The notes: generated by a model not told the origin, from the sequence alone. A stretch of DNA of 64,000 nt from Octopus vulgaris (GCA_951406725.2 OX597842.1:21514001-21578000), one strand, 5' to 3'; shown: positions 26,355-40,633, counted from the stretch's first letter. A program made the numbers and translations.

Positions 26355-27270
26355 GCACATAGCTCAGTGGTTAGAATGCTGGGTTCACAATCATGTAGTG
26401 ATTTTGATTCCTGGACCGGCTGTGTGTTGTGTTCTTGAGCAAGACACTTTATTTCATGGTGGTCCAGTTCACTCACCTCTAGAAATGAGCAACATCACTG
26501 GTGCCAAGCTGTATTGGCTTTTGGCCTTCACTTGGATGACATTGGTGGCCTGTAGAGGGGAGACTGATTACAAATACCTTGGGTCATACATATCATCATC
26601 TGGGAAAGACGTTCTAACTAGAAAGGGTATGGCCTGGTCAGCCTGTAATGACATGCATAAGATCTGGTCATCAAATCTAAGTAGAGACTTCAACCTTGAA
26701 ATCTTCAAAGTCACAGTCGTACCAATTCTACTATATGGCTCAGAAACCTGGACGTTATCAAAGAAGCTTGAGAGGCGGTTGGATGGAACCTACACTCGCC
26801 TCCTTATGAGAGCTCAAAATCTCTCGTGGAGGCACCATCCAACCAAAATGCAAATATATAGGAAACTACCACCTGTGTCATTTCTCGTGAAAGGTAGGAG
26901 AGTCCAGTTTGCTGGACATTGTTGTAGAGCGGAAAACGAGGCAATTTCTACCCTTCTCCTCTGGAAGACATCTACTCACAATACCAGAGGGCGCACACTC
27001 TCCTACCCTGATGTAATCTCCAGGGATACAGGCATCCAGCAACAGGACCTCCGTAATGCCATGATGGACCGTGAAGTCTGGCGTAGCATGGTAAACTCCA
27101 TTGTCTCGACCATGGTCGAACAATGTTGAATGATGATGAGAGGGGAGACTGGTGTGCATGGGCAACAGCTGGTCTTCCGTGAAAAGAACCTTGCCTGGAG
27201 TTGTGCCTTTGAGGTGAACTTCCTAGATGCAATGCCAGGGTCATTAATGACTGAAGGGAGTCTTTACACA
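26355..27270 (+). mobile_element. tRNA-derived SINE interrupted by an RTE insertion
   Basis: Head gcacatagctcagtggttagaatgc...gattcctggacc, then tgtgttcttgagcaagacact. Duplicate at ~38376-39300. Confidence 0.6.
26567..27138 (+). mobile_element. 5'-truncated RTE LINE with a 13-bp TSD
   Basis: YKYLGS...PILLYGSETWTL...FAGHC RT thumb and C-terminal region; (TGA)n tail; TSD agaggggagactg at 26554-26566 and 27139-27151. Confidence 0.9.
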
Positions 27271-27286
27271 TTGCCCTTTATATATA

Positions 27287-27670
27287 TACTAGCAGTATAG
27301 CCCAGCGTTGCTCGGGCTTGTTTTCTTTTCGACCCTTTAGAATTGGAATTTTTGAAAAGTAAAAAGTTTGCATTATGTAGCTTGTTATCCTCTTTAATTG
27401 AACATTTTTCTTGTTGAAATACACCGAAAAATGACACAGCAGTAAAAAAATCGTAAAAAATAGGGCTTTTCATAAAGAAAAAGCACCTTTTTGATGTAAA
27501 TAATTTTTGGTGTTAACATGGTCCGATTTTAATTTTTTCTTCTATGTAAGCCTTCTTCTATCATACTCTCAAGTTTGGTCAACTTGTGCGACAGGGTCTC
27601 AGAGGAGATGGTGTTAGTTGAAGGCTACCAAACCTGCCATACACAGACAACTTCAGCTTTATATATATAT
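27287..27670 (+). mobile_element. Possible non-autonomous Helitron/Helentron-like element
   Basis: Begins actagcagtatagcccagcgttgctcgggc (short hairpin) within TA repeats and ends cttcagctttatatata. Copies at ~39316-39710 and partial at 10110-10330; a similar start is at 44741. Confidence 0.4.
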
Positions 27671-28200
27671 ATAATTCTCATTTTTTTTTGCATCTCTCTT
27701 CCCTTGCCTACACACTCTAAGGCCACGAAGTTGGTCTGCTTGGTGGGAGGCGATTTAGTCTACTCTACTGCAGATCACACAACTTCGCCACCACAAACAT
27801 AAATATCTTCATTGTTTAATTCCTGAGCAAGTGTCAAGTTATCTATTTAATAGTTTCTCCCATTTTCCGAAGTCGCTGGTCAAATAACTTTTCACCCATC
27901 ACACGAATTTCAGTACCAGAGGAACTGCTTTTACTGCCCAGCCACAATGTGTTAAACAATTTTATTTGTCTTCTTATCATTTGTACATATATATAAATGT
28001 ATATTTGACTGAGGTCTGGCAACCAGACTCCAATCTGATCTGGCAGAGTTTCTACAGCTGGTTGTCATTAGGAAGGGCATCCAGCTGTAAAAACTCTGCC
28101 AGATCAGATTGGAGTCTGGTTTGCCAGACCTCAGTCAAATCGTCCAACCCATGCTAGCATGGAAAGCGGACGTTAAATGATGATGATGATTTGGTAGATT

Positions 28201-29390
28201 CATCATCATCATCGTTTAGAGTCCACTTTCCATGCTAGCATGGGTTGGATGGATCAACTGGGGCCTGGGAAGCCAGAAGGCTGCACCAGGCCTAGTCTGA
28301 TCTGGCAATGTTTCTATGGCTGAATGCCCTTCCTAATGCCAACTACTCCGTGAGTGTAGTGGGTGCTTTTTACGTGCCAGATGAGGCTGGCAAACGGCCA
28401 CGATCGGATGGTGCTTTTTACGTGCCACCGACACGAGGCCAGTCGGGGCGGTGCTCGCAACTGCCACGTTCGGATGGTTGTCTTACGTGCCACCGGCACT
28501 GGTATCACAGCTGCAATTTCCATTGATGTTGATCGATTTCGATTCTCACTTGCCTCAACAGGTCTTCACAAGTAGAGTTTTGTGTCCCCAGAAGAAAAGG
28601 TATGTATAAGTGGACTGGCTCATCCCGGGTTATGGTCTCACTTGTCCTGCCGGGTCTTCTCACGCACTGCACACTTCCAAAGGTTTTGGTCTCTAGTCAT
28701 TTCCTCAGTGAGACCTAAAGTTCGAAGGTCGTGCTTCACCACCTCATCCCAGGTTTACCTGGATCTGCCTCTTACACAGGTTCCCTCAACCGCTAGGGTA
28801 TGGCACTTTTTCACAAAACTATCTTCATCCATTCTCGCCACATGACCATACCAGCACAGACATCTCTCTTGCACACCAGATCTGATGCTTCTTAGGTCCA
28901 GCTTTTTTCTTAAGGTACTTACACTCTGTCGAGTATGAACACTGACATTACACATCCATCGGAGCATACTGGCTTCATTTCATGCAAGCTTACACATATC
29001 CTCAGCAGTCACGGCCAGTTTCACTGCCATGTAGCATGGCTGTTCGTACACACGCGTCATACAGTCTGCCTTTTACTCTGAGCGAGAGGCCTTTTGTCAC
29101 CAGCAGAGGTAAGAGCTCTCTGAACTTTGCCCAAGCTATTTTTACTCTAGCAGTTATACTTTCAACACACCTGCCCCCGCTACTGACTTGGTCACCTAGG
29201 TAACAGAAGCTATCAACTATTTCTAGTTTTTCTCCCTGGAATGTGGCAGAAGTAGGTCTCAGAGCATTTTCAGTGTTTATTGCTCCTGAGCATCTGCCAC
29301 ATACAAAAACTATCTTCCTAGTTAGCCTTCCTTTGACATTGCTTCACCTCTTATGAGTCCAGAGTTTCTACCTACACCGACGATGATAAT
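28201..29390 (-). mobile_element. 5'-truncated RTE LINE
   Basis: Decayed RT C-terminus (...MLRWMCNVSVHTRQSVSTLRKKLDLRSI...WYGHVARM...GRSR), 3' UTR and (GAT)n tail. Absent from the paralogous blocks at ~10870 and ~40245. Confidence 0.85.
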
Positions 29391-30337
29391 ACTTTTTAGA
29401 TGGTTTAGATTACGATTACATACGAATTTGTTGTCACAATTTTTTTCAGAGAAGTTTGAGTCCAGAAGAATTTCGGGTAAATATTGATATTTTCACCCAC
29501 AAGATTTTCATAAGGACAAACAAAAAAACTCAGATTTTTTGCATGGAATCAAGTACCCTGACCTCGCAATGTGCAGCAAACTCCTTATTTTTGCTTGGTA
29601 AAAGTGTGGCGGAACCCCTTCCCCTCGGTATCATTGTAAATATATATTTTTTTTCATTGGATGATGATGATGATGATATATTTACATATATATATATATA
29701 TATACACATACACACATGTATATGTGTGTGTGTGTGCATACGCACACATATTTGAAGCACAAAGCATAAACTCTATTAGGAGAATACATCCAAAGAAACC
29801 CAAACAAATCAGACTGGAACCTAGTGCAGCATCATGGTTTGCCAGCTAATGTCACACTGTGCCACCCATGCCAGTAAAGGAAAAAAAATTTCACTAAAGG
29901 ATGATGATGATAACAGCGACAATGATGAAAACACATAGACAAAATCAACTTCAGTGTAACCTTTTATTCATTATTCCCATTTCTTTATTCTCTCAAAACA
30001 AATTGCTCAAAAATCCAGAGCAATCATCTTCAGAAATCAAAGACATTGTTGATATACTTCCATATATATACATGACATTCATGAATTTGATGTTGACATT
30101 ATAGAAATTGAAGTCGATAACATCATATTTGAAGAGATAAAAATAGCCCTGTCTTTCAGCAGGAAAAAATAGCCATAATTGTTGTAATAAAGATTAATAC
30201 TGAATGGTTGCACTTTTGTGTGAATACTCACGTGTACATAAATGGCGTTTTTGAGAGAAAGATTGACCATAGATATCACAGTAATATTTTTTTCCCCAGT
30301 ATGAATATGCTTATAATTAGTCAAGTCACCATTGTAT

Positions 30338-30565
30338 GAGAATGATTTACCACAGATATCACAATGATATGGTTTATATCCCGCACTGGTGTTTAGTTAG
30401 GACACCACATTCAGAGAATGATTTACCACAGATATCACAATGATATGGTTTCTATCCTGCACTGGTGTTTAGTTAGGACACCACTTTCAGAGAATGATTT
30501 ACCACAGATATCACAATGATATGGTTTCTATCCTGCACTGGTGTGTAATTAGGACACCACTTTCA
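30338..30565. repeat. Three tandem 76-bp copies of a truncated zinc-finger unit
   Basis: gagaatgatttacc recurs at 30338, 30414, 30490 and 30566. The unit is an 84-bp finger minus 8 bp and is single-copy in ZNF-A. Confidence 0.85.
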
Positions 30566-31756
30566 GAGAATGATTTACCACAGATGTCACAATGATATGG
30601 TTTTTCCCCATTATGAATGCGTTTATGTCTAGACAATTGACTACTGCAAGAGAATGATTTACCACAGATATCACAATGATATGGTTTTTCCCCTGTATGA
30701 GTGCGTTTATGATCAGACAATTGGCCACTACGAGAGAATGATTTACCACAGATATCACAATGATATGGCTTCTCTCCTGTATGAACATGTTTGTGAATAA
30801 TTAAATGGCTATTTTCAGCAAATGATTTGCCACAGATATCACACTGATATGGCTTTTCCCCACTATAAATACGTTTAAGTTTAGTCAATTCACTATAACA
30901 AGAAAATAATTTACCAGTCATCACAATGATATGGCTTCTCTCCTGTATGAATACGCTTGTGTCGAGTCAAATCACCTTTTACAGTGAATGATTTACCACA
31001 GATATCACAATGATATGGCTTCTCTCCTGTATGAACACGTTTATGGACAGTCAAGTCACCATTACGTGAGAATGATTTACCACAGATATCACAATGAAAT
31101 GGCTTCTCTCCTGTATGAATGCGTTTGTGTTTAGTTAAACTGCCATTTTGAGAGAATGATTTATCACAGATATCACAATGATGAGGTTTCTCTCCTGTAT
31201 GAATGCGTTTATGACCTGACAAGTGGCTACTACGAGAGAATGATTTACCACAGATATCACAATGAAATGGTTTCTCTCCAGTGTGAACGCGCCGGTGTTT
31301 AGTTAAGTCATAACTTTGAGAGAATGTTTTACCACAGATATCACAATGATATGGCTTTTCTCCTGTATGAATACGTTTATGTCGAGTTAAAATGCTATTT
31401 TCAGAGAATGATTTACCACAGATCTTACAATGAAATGGCTTCTCTCCTGTATGAATGCGTTTGTGTTTAGTTAAAGTGCCATTTTCAGAGAATGATTTAC
31501 CACAGATATCACAATGATATGGTTTCTCTCCTGTGTGAACGCTCCGGTGTTTAGTTAAGTGATAACTTTGAGAGAATGTTTTACCACAGATACCACAATG
31601 ATATGGCTTTTCTCCTGTATGAAGACGTTTGTGAATAGTCAGGTGATTTCTTCGAGAGAATGATTTTCCACAGACATCACAGAAATATGGTTTCTCTCTT
31701 GTATCAGGGTTTTTAGGTTCAGTTAAATTATTCATTATGACAGGATAATTTGTCAT
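30511..31756 (-). pseudogene. Poly-C2H2 zinc-finger gene C (9 intact fingers, then a frameshift)
   Basis: A 2-nt deletion near 30916 turns CDDCGK into CDDW*. Further fingers follow in another frame. A 9-finger protein could still be produced. Confidence 0.8.
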
Positions 31757-34393
31757 ATATATCACAATAATATTGTTTTTTTCTTTTCTATGAATATGTT
31801 TGTGTTCATTTGCATTACTTTTTTTAGAGAATAATTTAATGTTAATCTTTCTTTCTTCTGTGATCTTACTTAATACCTAAATCAACAGGTGAAAACTGTC
31901 AACTCGTTTGTAAAGTTATCCAAACTTGTAAAGCAATCACCTCCTCTACATTCCAGACAAGAAAAATATTCTGCTGTTGTTTGTCATAGATTATATTTAT
32001 ATAGAAACGTTGATGTATAGATGAATGCTCCTTATAAATATATCATCTTCCTTTAGTTGATAAAAATATCAAAGGCACATCTGAACGAAGTAATTTCTTT
32101 CATGTCATCATGATGTGATATTCTGAAATAGAAAAAGAAGCAGTAAGATAAAGAGGATAGTTAAGTGACATAGTAATTCAACATTGTAATTATTACAACA
32201 TGAACACTGTCAGCCATTTAATGTCAATGTTTACAGGGGTCAGAGTTCATTGAGGTGTTGAAACATTGGTATACCCACACAAGTTTACTACACACTTCAC
32301 TTTTACCTTTCAGAAAAATGTTTGATTTAAGACTTCATGTTGCCCGACCGGAATTCCCTTTTCTGGACCAGCTCGCTACCTAGCCAGCAGTGAAGGTCCC
32401 TGTCTTCATGTCTACAATGAGCCCATGGGCAGTGCCCTACACATCATTAGGATCTTTTCGCCTTGACCGGCAGATTTTAAAAATAATTTCTATGTAACTA
32501 AAAAGTTTTAAACTTCGTATACTGGTAGAATGTGTTTATAAAACATCTTTTTCTCTTGGCTTTCTTGAGAAAATTCTGTAGTTTGTAACATATTTGTTGT
32601 TTAATTTCTTGCATTTCGGCAATTTCAACCTATCAAAGACGTCTATTGAGCTGAAAACGATTTCTGCCGTAACATTTACTGGCGGTGTCATATGAAAATG
32701 TTCCCTGTTTTTTATGAGAAAAAAGATATCCAGAACTGGATAACAAAACCGTTCCCTATTTAGTGTCCACCCATAATTATGATCTTAGTATCGATTTATT
32801 GCATTTCAATCTGTTTTAGGGTTAAGGTTAGGGTTGGGGGGAAGGGTATCTTTTTTTCTTCAGAAATGTAAATAAACCCAATCTGTTTCTTAAACGAGGG
32901 ACATATTCATACGGCACAGAATGTTTTCACCTTAGTAGACGTCATTGATTGGTTGAAATTGAAGAAAAAAAACAACAAATATCTTACAAACTATAGAATT
33001 TTCTCAAGAAAGCCAAGAGAAAAAGATGTGTTATAAACACACTCTACCAGTATACGAAGTTTAAAACTCTTTAGTTACGTGGAAAATATTTTAAAAAACT
33101 GCCGTTCAAACCGAAAGGATCCCAGAGTCGGTCTCGACAGTAAGTCTTGGGTTCAAATACAGCCGAGGTTGACTTTGCCGTTCATCCCTTTCAGGAAATT
33201 CTGGGGCCCGTGTCATCGACTCCCGCTCGCCCTGGGCCAAAATTTGAAACCACCATTACTATTATTAATATAACCTTAAAGCAAATCTTCATTAACTTAC
33301 CGTTTTATCAATGCCTAATTAACAACAGGACATAATTAATTAATGTGGTATTCTTCAATCGGTTTTTTCTCATTTTACTAATTAATTATGCCACATTACA
33401 TTCATTTTTACCAACTAATTTACTTTATATCACATGTAACAGTCGGTCATAGCATTTTATAAACAACAAATCAACATTTCAGTTTGGAAATTATTAATTA
33501 AGACGAACAAATATATTTTCCTAATTATCGACAGGTTCCCGCTTGGAAAATTAATTACTGTAACATCGAGAGGTTCACAGAATTCTATTATTTACCTTAT
33601 TATTAGTAGTATTATCAACACTATTACAGCCTTAAAGTAAATCTGTGTCAACTTACCGTATTCAGAAATAAACAGCGACTCGGTGATCGGTAATTAACTA
33701 ATTAACTTCCCTAATTAGCTACTTTGGCCTCGTGGTTGATGTCTTGTACAAGTTGTGTCCCTTGATATGATTGTATTTCCTCAATTCTCCAATAGAGAAC
33801 GCTACTGAGTTGTAGGATTCGTTCCGGTGTTTTTTTAACTTTGTCCCTTTCTGTCAATAAATCCTTCTTCAAGTTTTTTTTAAAATTCCCACCAGATTAT
33901 TTTAACAAAGTGTACTAGTAAACTCTAGGATCTTTTCGGTTTGACCGGCAGTTTTTAAAAATAATTTCCACGTAACTAAACACTTTTAAACTTCGTATAC
34001 TTTTCTCTTGACTTTTTCGCTTGGAAAATTCTATAGTTTGTCAGATATTTGTTGCTTTTTTCTTCAATTTCTGCAATTTCAACCAATCAATGACGTCTAT
34101 TGAGGTGAAAACATTATGTGCCGTGAGAATATGTCCCTCGTTTAAGAAACAGATTTGGTTTACTCTTTACTCCTTTACTTGTTTCAGTCATTTGACTGCG
34201 GCTATGCTGGAGCACCGCCTTTAGTCGAGCAAATCGACCCCAGGAATTATTCTTTGTAAGCCCAGTACTTATTCTATCGGTCTCTTTTTGCCGAACCGCT
34301 AAGTGACGGGGACGTAAACACACCAGCATCGGTTGTCAAGCAATGCTAGGGGGACAAACAAACACACACACACACACATACATATATATATAC

Positions 34394-34424
<31 letters not shown>

Positions 34425-36353
34425 CATTTATACGACAGGCTTCTTTCAGTTTCCGTCTACCAAATCCACTCACAAGGAATTTGTCGGCCCGGGGCTATAG
34501 CAGAAGACACTTACCCAAGATGCCACGCAGTGGGACTGAACCCGGAACCATTCGGTTGGTTAGCAAGCTACTTGCCACATAGCCACTTTATTTACGTTTC
34601 TGAAGAAAAAAAAGATACCCTTCCCCCCATCCCTAACTCTAACCCTAAAACAGATTGAAATGCAATAGATCGATACTAGGGTCACAATTATGAGTGACAA
34701 TTTCATATGACACCGCTAGAAAAAACTGCCGGTCAAACGGAAAAGATCGGAAGTCCCTTCTCTGCAGAGCAACTCACTAAATAGCCTGCTGTGAGGTTCC
34801 TGTCTATAGTCCGTCTGTTATAAATTTATGGCCAGTGCCCTACACAAGCATTCATGGTCTTCACCCACACCTCGTCTTAGAACTGTACAGACACAATGCT
34901 GAGATATCTCCCTTTTCACTAGAATATGGCTCTTTTCGAGGCAGACTCTTCGGTTTGCCCTAACCTGGACGGTAGGCAGAACCGTTAGCACGCCAGTCGA
35001 AATACGTAGCGATATTTCGTCTGTCGTTACGTTCTGAGCTCCAATTCTGTTGAGGTCGACCTTGCCTTTCATCCTATCGAGGTCAATAAATTAAGTACCA
35101 GTTACGCACTGGGGTCGATGTAATCGACTTAATACCTATGTCTGTCCTTGTTTGTCCCCTCTGTGTTTAGCCCCTTGTGGGTAATAAAGAAATAGGTATG
35201 TTGTACTAGAAGACTACCTCCATTGTCTTCTGGCAATTTCAGCAGCACTCTCCGCCCTGATCTCTCTCCATATAGCCATCTGCTCTGGACCACAGTCGAC
35301 CATTGAGGGGTATACATTTTCCCAATAGTTCTTGATGTCAATGGCTACCACATTCCGGTGACCTTCCACCCGAATCAGTCCTGTTTTGTGTGCAGGGTTG
35401 ACGGATTAGCATCTGTTGCAATTCCACACTACCTACGAACGCTCTCTCTCCAGTGACATCGGGGTGACCATTGGGGCTGAAAACCACGTCTTGTTGAGCC
35501 CTCATATTGTGCATGATATACAGCCTCGACCCTCAGCCTTCCAGCCGACAAACTGCAGCTACTGCACTCAGAACATTTTTTTCAAACATTTCTTTCAAGA
35601 TACCCGTGCCGGTGACACGTAAAAAGCACCAGCAGAACATGGAAGATGCCAGCGCCGCCTGACTGGCGTCCATGTCGGTGACACATAAAAACATCAACCA
35701 ATCGGGGCTGTTTGCCAGCCTCATGTGAACCCTGTTCCGGTAGCACGTAAAAAACACCCACTTCACTCACGGAATCGTTGGCGTTAGGAAGGGCATCCAG
35801 CTGTAGAAACACTGCCAGATCAGACTGGAGCCTGGTGCAGCCTCCTGGCTTCCCATAGCCCAGTCGAACCATCCAACCCATGCTAGCATGGAAAACGGAC
35901 AGTAAATGATGATGATGATTTCTTTCATACTAATATCTAAGCTGTATTGATTATGGATAGTTTGATATTAAATTTAGTCCCTAAAATTTAAAATTCCATA
36001 CTCCCTTATTTGGTTAGTTTTTTCCTGTTAAATACAACCAACCCCACCTGATTGTTTACTTTGTATATGGGAATTCAAAATTCGCTCCTTTATACTAATC
36101 TATAGAAATAATGTAACCCTTTCTCTTTCTCTTTTACTTGTTTCAGTCATTTGACTGCGACCATGCTGCAGCACCGCCTTTCAGTCGAGCAAATCCACCT
36201 GAGGACTTATTCTTTGTAAGCCTAGTACTTATCCTATCAGTCTCTTTTGCCGAACCGCGAAGTTACGGGTATGTAAACACACTAGCATCGGTTGTCAAAA
36301 CAAACACAGACACACAAACACACTCATATATATACATATATATATATACATAC

Positions 36354-36394
<41 letters not shown>

Positions 36395-37598
36395 CGACGG
36401 GCTTCTTTCAGTATCCGTCTACCAAATCCACTCACAAAGCGTTGGTCGGCCCGAGGCTACAGTAGAAGACATTGCCCAAGGTGCAACGCAGTGGGACTGA
36501 ACCTTGAACCATGTGGTTGGTAAGCAAGCTACTTACCACACAGCCACTACTATATATATATAAATATATATATATACATATATACGACATGATTCTAAGA
36601 ACAATTACACATCACAAACACCTACCTATGTAATTCTAACGTCATTTTAGCCTTTTTTTCCTTTCCTAAAGTTTTGCTACTGATGAATACTTTATGACAA
36701 CCCAGATTCTTAAAATGAATCTATTGTCTTTCTGCATTAAACTATCGAATACTTAGATGAATAAAAATAATTTCAATCCATATTAACATCTAATCTCCTC
36801 TATTTACAAAAAATATGATTGTATTTGCTGAAATTTCTTTTATAAGCTAAATCAGGGTAAGTAGCTTGCTTACCAACCATATGGTTTTGGGTTCAGTCCC
36901 ACTGCGTGGCACCTTGGGCAAGTGTCTTCTACTATAGCCTCGGGCCGACCAAAGCCTTTGAGTGGATTTGGTAGACGGAAACTGAAAGAAGCCCATCGTA
37001 TATATGTATATATATATTCGTGTGCGTGTATGTTTGTATGTCTGTGTTTGTCCCCCTAGCATTGCTTGACGACCGATGTTGGTGTCTTTATGTCCCCGTC
37101 ACTTAGCGGTTCGGCGAAAGAGACCGATAGAATAAGTACTGGGCTTTCAAAGAATAAGTCCCGGTGTTGAGTTGCTGGACTAAAGGCGGTGCTCCAGCAT
37201 GGTCGCAGTCAAATGACTGAAAATAACCAACTTTCTTCAATTCAATAATGAAAAATTAAATTATACCAATTAGAAAAATTACATATAGAAAGATTAAATA
37301 TAAGATAAAACATATAACAATGATTAAGTTATGTGTAAAATAATAAATAAATAAAACGTATATATTTGGTAGAATAACGTCACGTTTTGTGGCTATATTT
37401 AAGAAATGATAATAATAAAAATAATAGTAGTAGTAGAATCACTTCAATATAAATATAGCCACTCTTCAGGTTAAAGATAACAACAATAATAAAATAATTA
37501 ATTAGATGAATCAATAAATATACACAAATAATCTTTTAAAGTACGAAATATCTGAAATATATTCTTGTTAAAAAATAAGATACAATTAAAATATTTAA

Positions 37599-37648
<50 letters not shown>

Positions 37649-38592
37649 ATACAAAATACACATATAAATGAAAACAAAATACACATTAATGAAAACAAAA
37701 TACTATAATTTAAACTATATACATTAATTAAATTACTCTTTTACTTGTTTCAGTCATTTGACTGTTGCCACTCTAGAGCACCGCCTTTAATCGAGCAACT
37801 CGACCCCGGGACTTATTCTTTTTATAAGCCCAGTACTTATTCTATCGGTCTCTTTTGCCGAAACGCTAAGTAACGGGGACATAAACACACCAGCATCGGT
37901 TGTCAAACAATGTTAGGGGAACAAACACTAACACGCATATATATATATACATATATACGACGGGCTTCTTTCAGTTTCCGTCTACCAAATCCACTCACAA
38001 GGCTTTGGTCGGCCGGCAGCCACAGCAGAAGACACTTGCCCAAGGTGTCACGCAGTGGGACTGAACCCTGAACCATGTGGTTGGTAAACAAGCTACTTAC
38101 CACACAGCCACTCCTGCTCCTAAATTTTTATTTAATTAATTTATTTATTTAATATACATCTAAATAAAGTCTTATACTCATTAATTAAGTTATATTAAAA
38201 ACCTTAATGTTAAGTACAAGCTATAAATATTGGAATTAAAAATAGAAAAATCTATTTTGGGTCTTCTCATTTCAGCCATATATAGAAGCTGGCTTTGTCA
38301 ACTGCCTCCTGTATATACATTCATATATATGTATGTATGTATGTATACACACAGAGAAAGAGAGAGAGAGAGAGATGCACATAGCTCAGTGGTTAGAATG
38401 CTGGGTTCACAATCATGTAGTGATTTTGATTCCTGGACCAGGCTGTGTGTTGTGTTCTTGAGCAAGACACTTTGTTTCATGGTGGTCCAGTTCACTCACC
38501 TTTAGAAATGAGCTGCAATATCACTGGTGCCAAGCTGCATTAGCTTTTGGCCTTCACTTGGATGACATTGGTGGCCTGTAGAGGGGAGACTG

Positions 38593-39166
38593 ATTACAAA
38601 TACCTTGGGTCATACATATCATCATCTGGAAAAGACTTTCTAACTAGAAAGGGTATGGCCTGGTCAGCCTGTAATGACATGCATAAGATCTGGTCATCAA
38701 ATCTAAGTAGAGACTTCAACCTTGAAATCTTCAAAGCCACAGTCGAACCAATTCTACTATATGGCTCAGAAACCTGGACGTTATCAAAGAAGCTTGAGAG
38801 GCGGTTGGATGGAACCTACACTCGCCTCCTTATGAGAGCTCAAAATCTCTCGTGGAGGTGCCATCCAACCAAAATGCAAATATATGGGAAACTACCACCT
38901 GTGTCATCTCTTGTGAAAGGTAGGAGAGTCCAGTTTGCTGGACATTGTTGTAGAGCTGAAAACGAGGCAATTTCTACCCTTCTCCTCTGGAAGACATCTA
39001 CTCACAATACCAGAGGGCGCACACTCTCCTACCATGATGTAATCTCCAGGAATACAGGCATCCAGCAACAGGACCTCCGTAATGCCATGATGGACCGTGA
39101 AGCCTGGCGTAGCATGGTAAATTCCATTGTCTCGACCACGGTTGAACAATGATGATGATGATGATG
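38593..39166 (+). mobile_element. 5'-truncated RTE LINE with a 13-bp TSD (duplicate of 26567-27138)
   Basis: Same truncation point and the same TSD agaggggagactg at 38580-38592 and 39167-39179. Confidence 0.9.
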
Positions 39167-40524
39167 AGAGGGGAGACTGGTATGCATAGGCAACAGCTGG
39201 TCTTCCGTGAAAAGAACCTTGCCTGGAGTTGTGCCTTTGAGGTGAACTTCCTAGATGCAATACCATGGTCATTAATGACTGAAGGGAGTCTTTACACATT
39301 GCCCTTTATATATATACTAGCAGTATAGCCCAGCGTTGCTTGGACTTGTTTTCTTTTCGACACTTTAGAATTGGAATTTTTGAAAAATAAAAATTTTGCC
39401 CTATGTAGCTTGTAATTCTCTTCGAGTGAACATTTTTCTGGTTGAAATACACCGAAAAATGACACAGCAGTAAAAAAATCGTGAAAAATAGGGATTTTCA
39501 GAGAAAAAAACCCACCTTTTCGATGTAAATAATTTTTGGTATTAACATGGTCCGATTTGAATTTTCTCTTCTACGGAATGAAGAGCAAGCCTTCTTCTAT
39601 CATACTCTCAATTTTGGTCAACTTGTGCCACAGGGTCTCAGAGGAGATAGTGTTATTTGAAGGCTACCAAACCTGCCATACACAGACAACTTCAGCTTTA
39701 TATATATATATAATTCTCTTTTTTTTTTGTTTTTGCATCTCTCTTCCCTTGCCTACACACTCTAAGGCCACGAAGTTGGTCTGCTTGGTGGGAGGCGATT
39801 TAGTCTACTCTACTGCAGATCACACAACTTCGCCACCACAAACATAAATATCTTCACTGTTTAATTCCTGAGCAAATGTCAAGTTATCTATTTAATAGTT
39901 TCTCCCATTTTCCGAAGTCGCTGGTCAAATAACTTTTCACCCATCACACGAATTTCAGTACCAGTGGAACTGCTTTTACTGCCCAGCCACAATGTGTTAA
40001 ACAATTTTCTTTGTCTTCTTATCATTTGTACATATATATATATGTATATTTGACTGAGGTCTAGCGAACCAGACTCCAATCTGATCTGGCAGAGTTTCTA
40101 CAGCTGGTTGGCGTTAGGAAGGGCATCCAGCTGTAGAAACTCTGCCAGATCAGACTGGAGTCTGGTTTGCCAGACCTCAGTCAAATCGTCCAACCCATGC
40201 TAGCATGGGAAGCGGACGTTAAATGATGATGATGATTTGGCAGATTAATGGTAATTCAAAATTTTCCATGGCTGATGTGGTAGATTACGATGATAATACT
40301 TTTTGGATGGCATAGAATACGATTACAAAACGAATTTGTGGTCACAATTTTTTTCGGAGAAGTTTGAGTCCAAAAGAATTTCGGGTAAATTTTGATATTT
40401 TCACCCACAAGATTTTCATAAAGACAAACAAAAAAATCAGAATTTTTGGATGGATTCAAGTACCCAAACCTCGCAATATGCTGCATAGATACTGCGGCCT
40501 CGTGTATGTCTGTCCCTCCTGGCT

Positions 40525-40633
40525 TCTTTACCGATGAGACGTAGCCTTTGGTAGATTGACTTGATTAAGTTTAATTTAATTTAATTAGGCTGGTTTGCCA
40601 TTAAAAACGTCGAAACAATGCATTGTCTAAAGA
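40525..40633 (+). ncRNA. Type I hammerhead motif with a long stem II and one core change (CCGAUGA)
   Basis: Stem I tcttta/taaaga; ccgatga at 40531-40537; stem II gacgt...acgtc enclosing a long hairpin; GAAA at 40612-40615; palindromic stem III acaatgcattgt; GUC ending at 40627. Confidence 0.7.

Noticed and set aside
26355-26425. tRNA-like sequences here and at ~49535 and other SINE heads
   Set aside because: No complete cloverleaf; each continues into a SINE body.
36672-36760. ctgatga followed by a long hairpin and cgaat
   Set aside because: No intact GAAA, stem III or GUH; at most a heavily decayed hammerhead.
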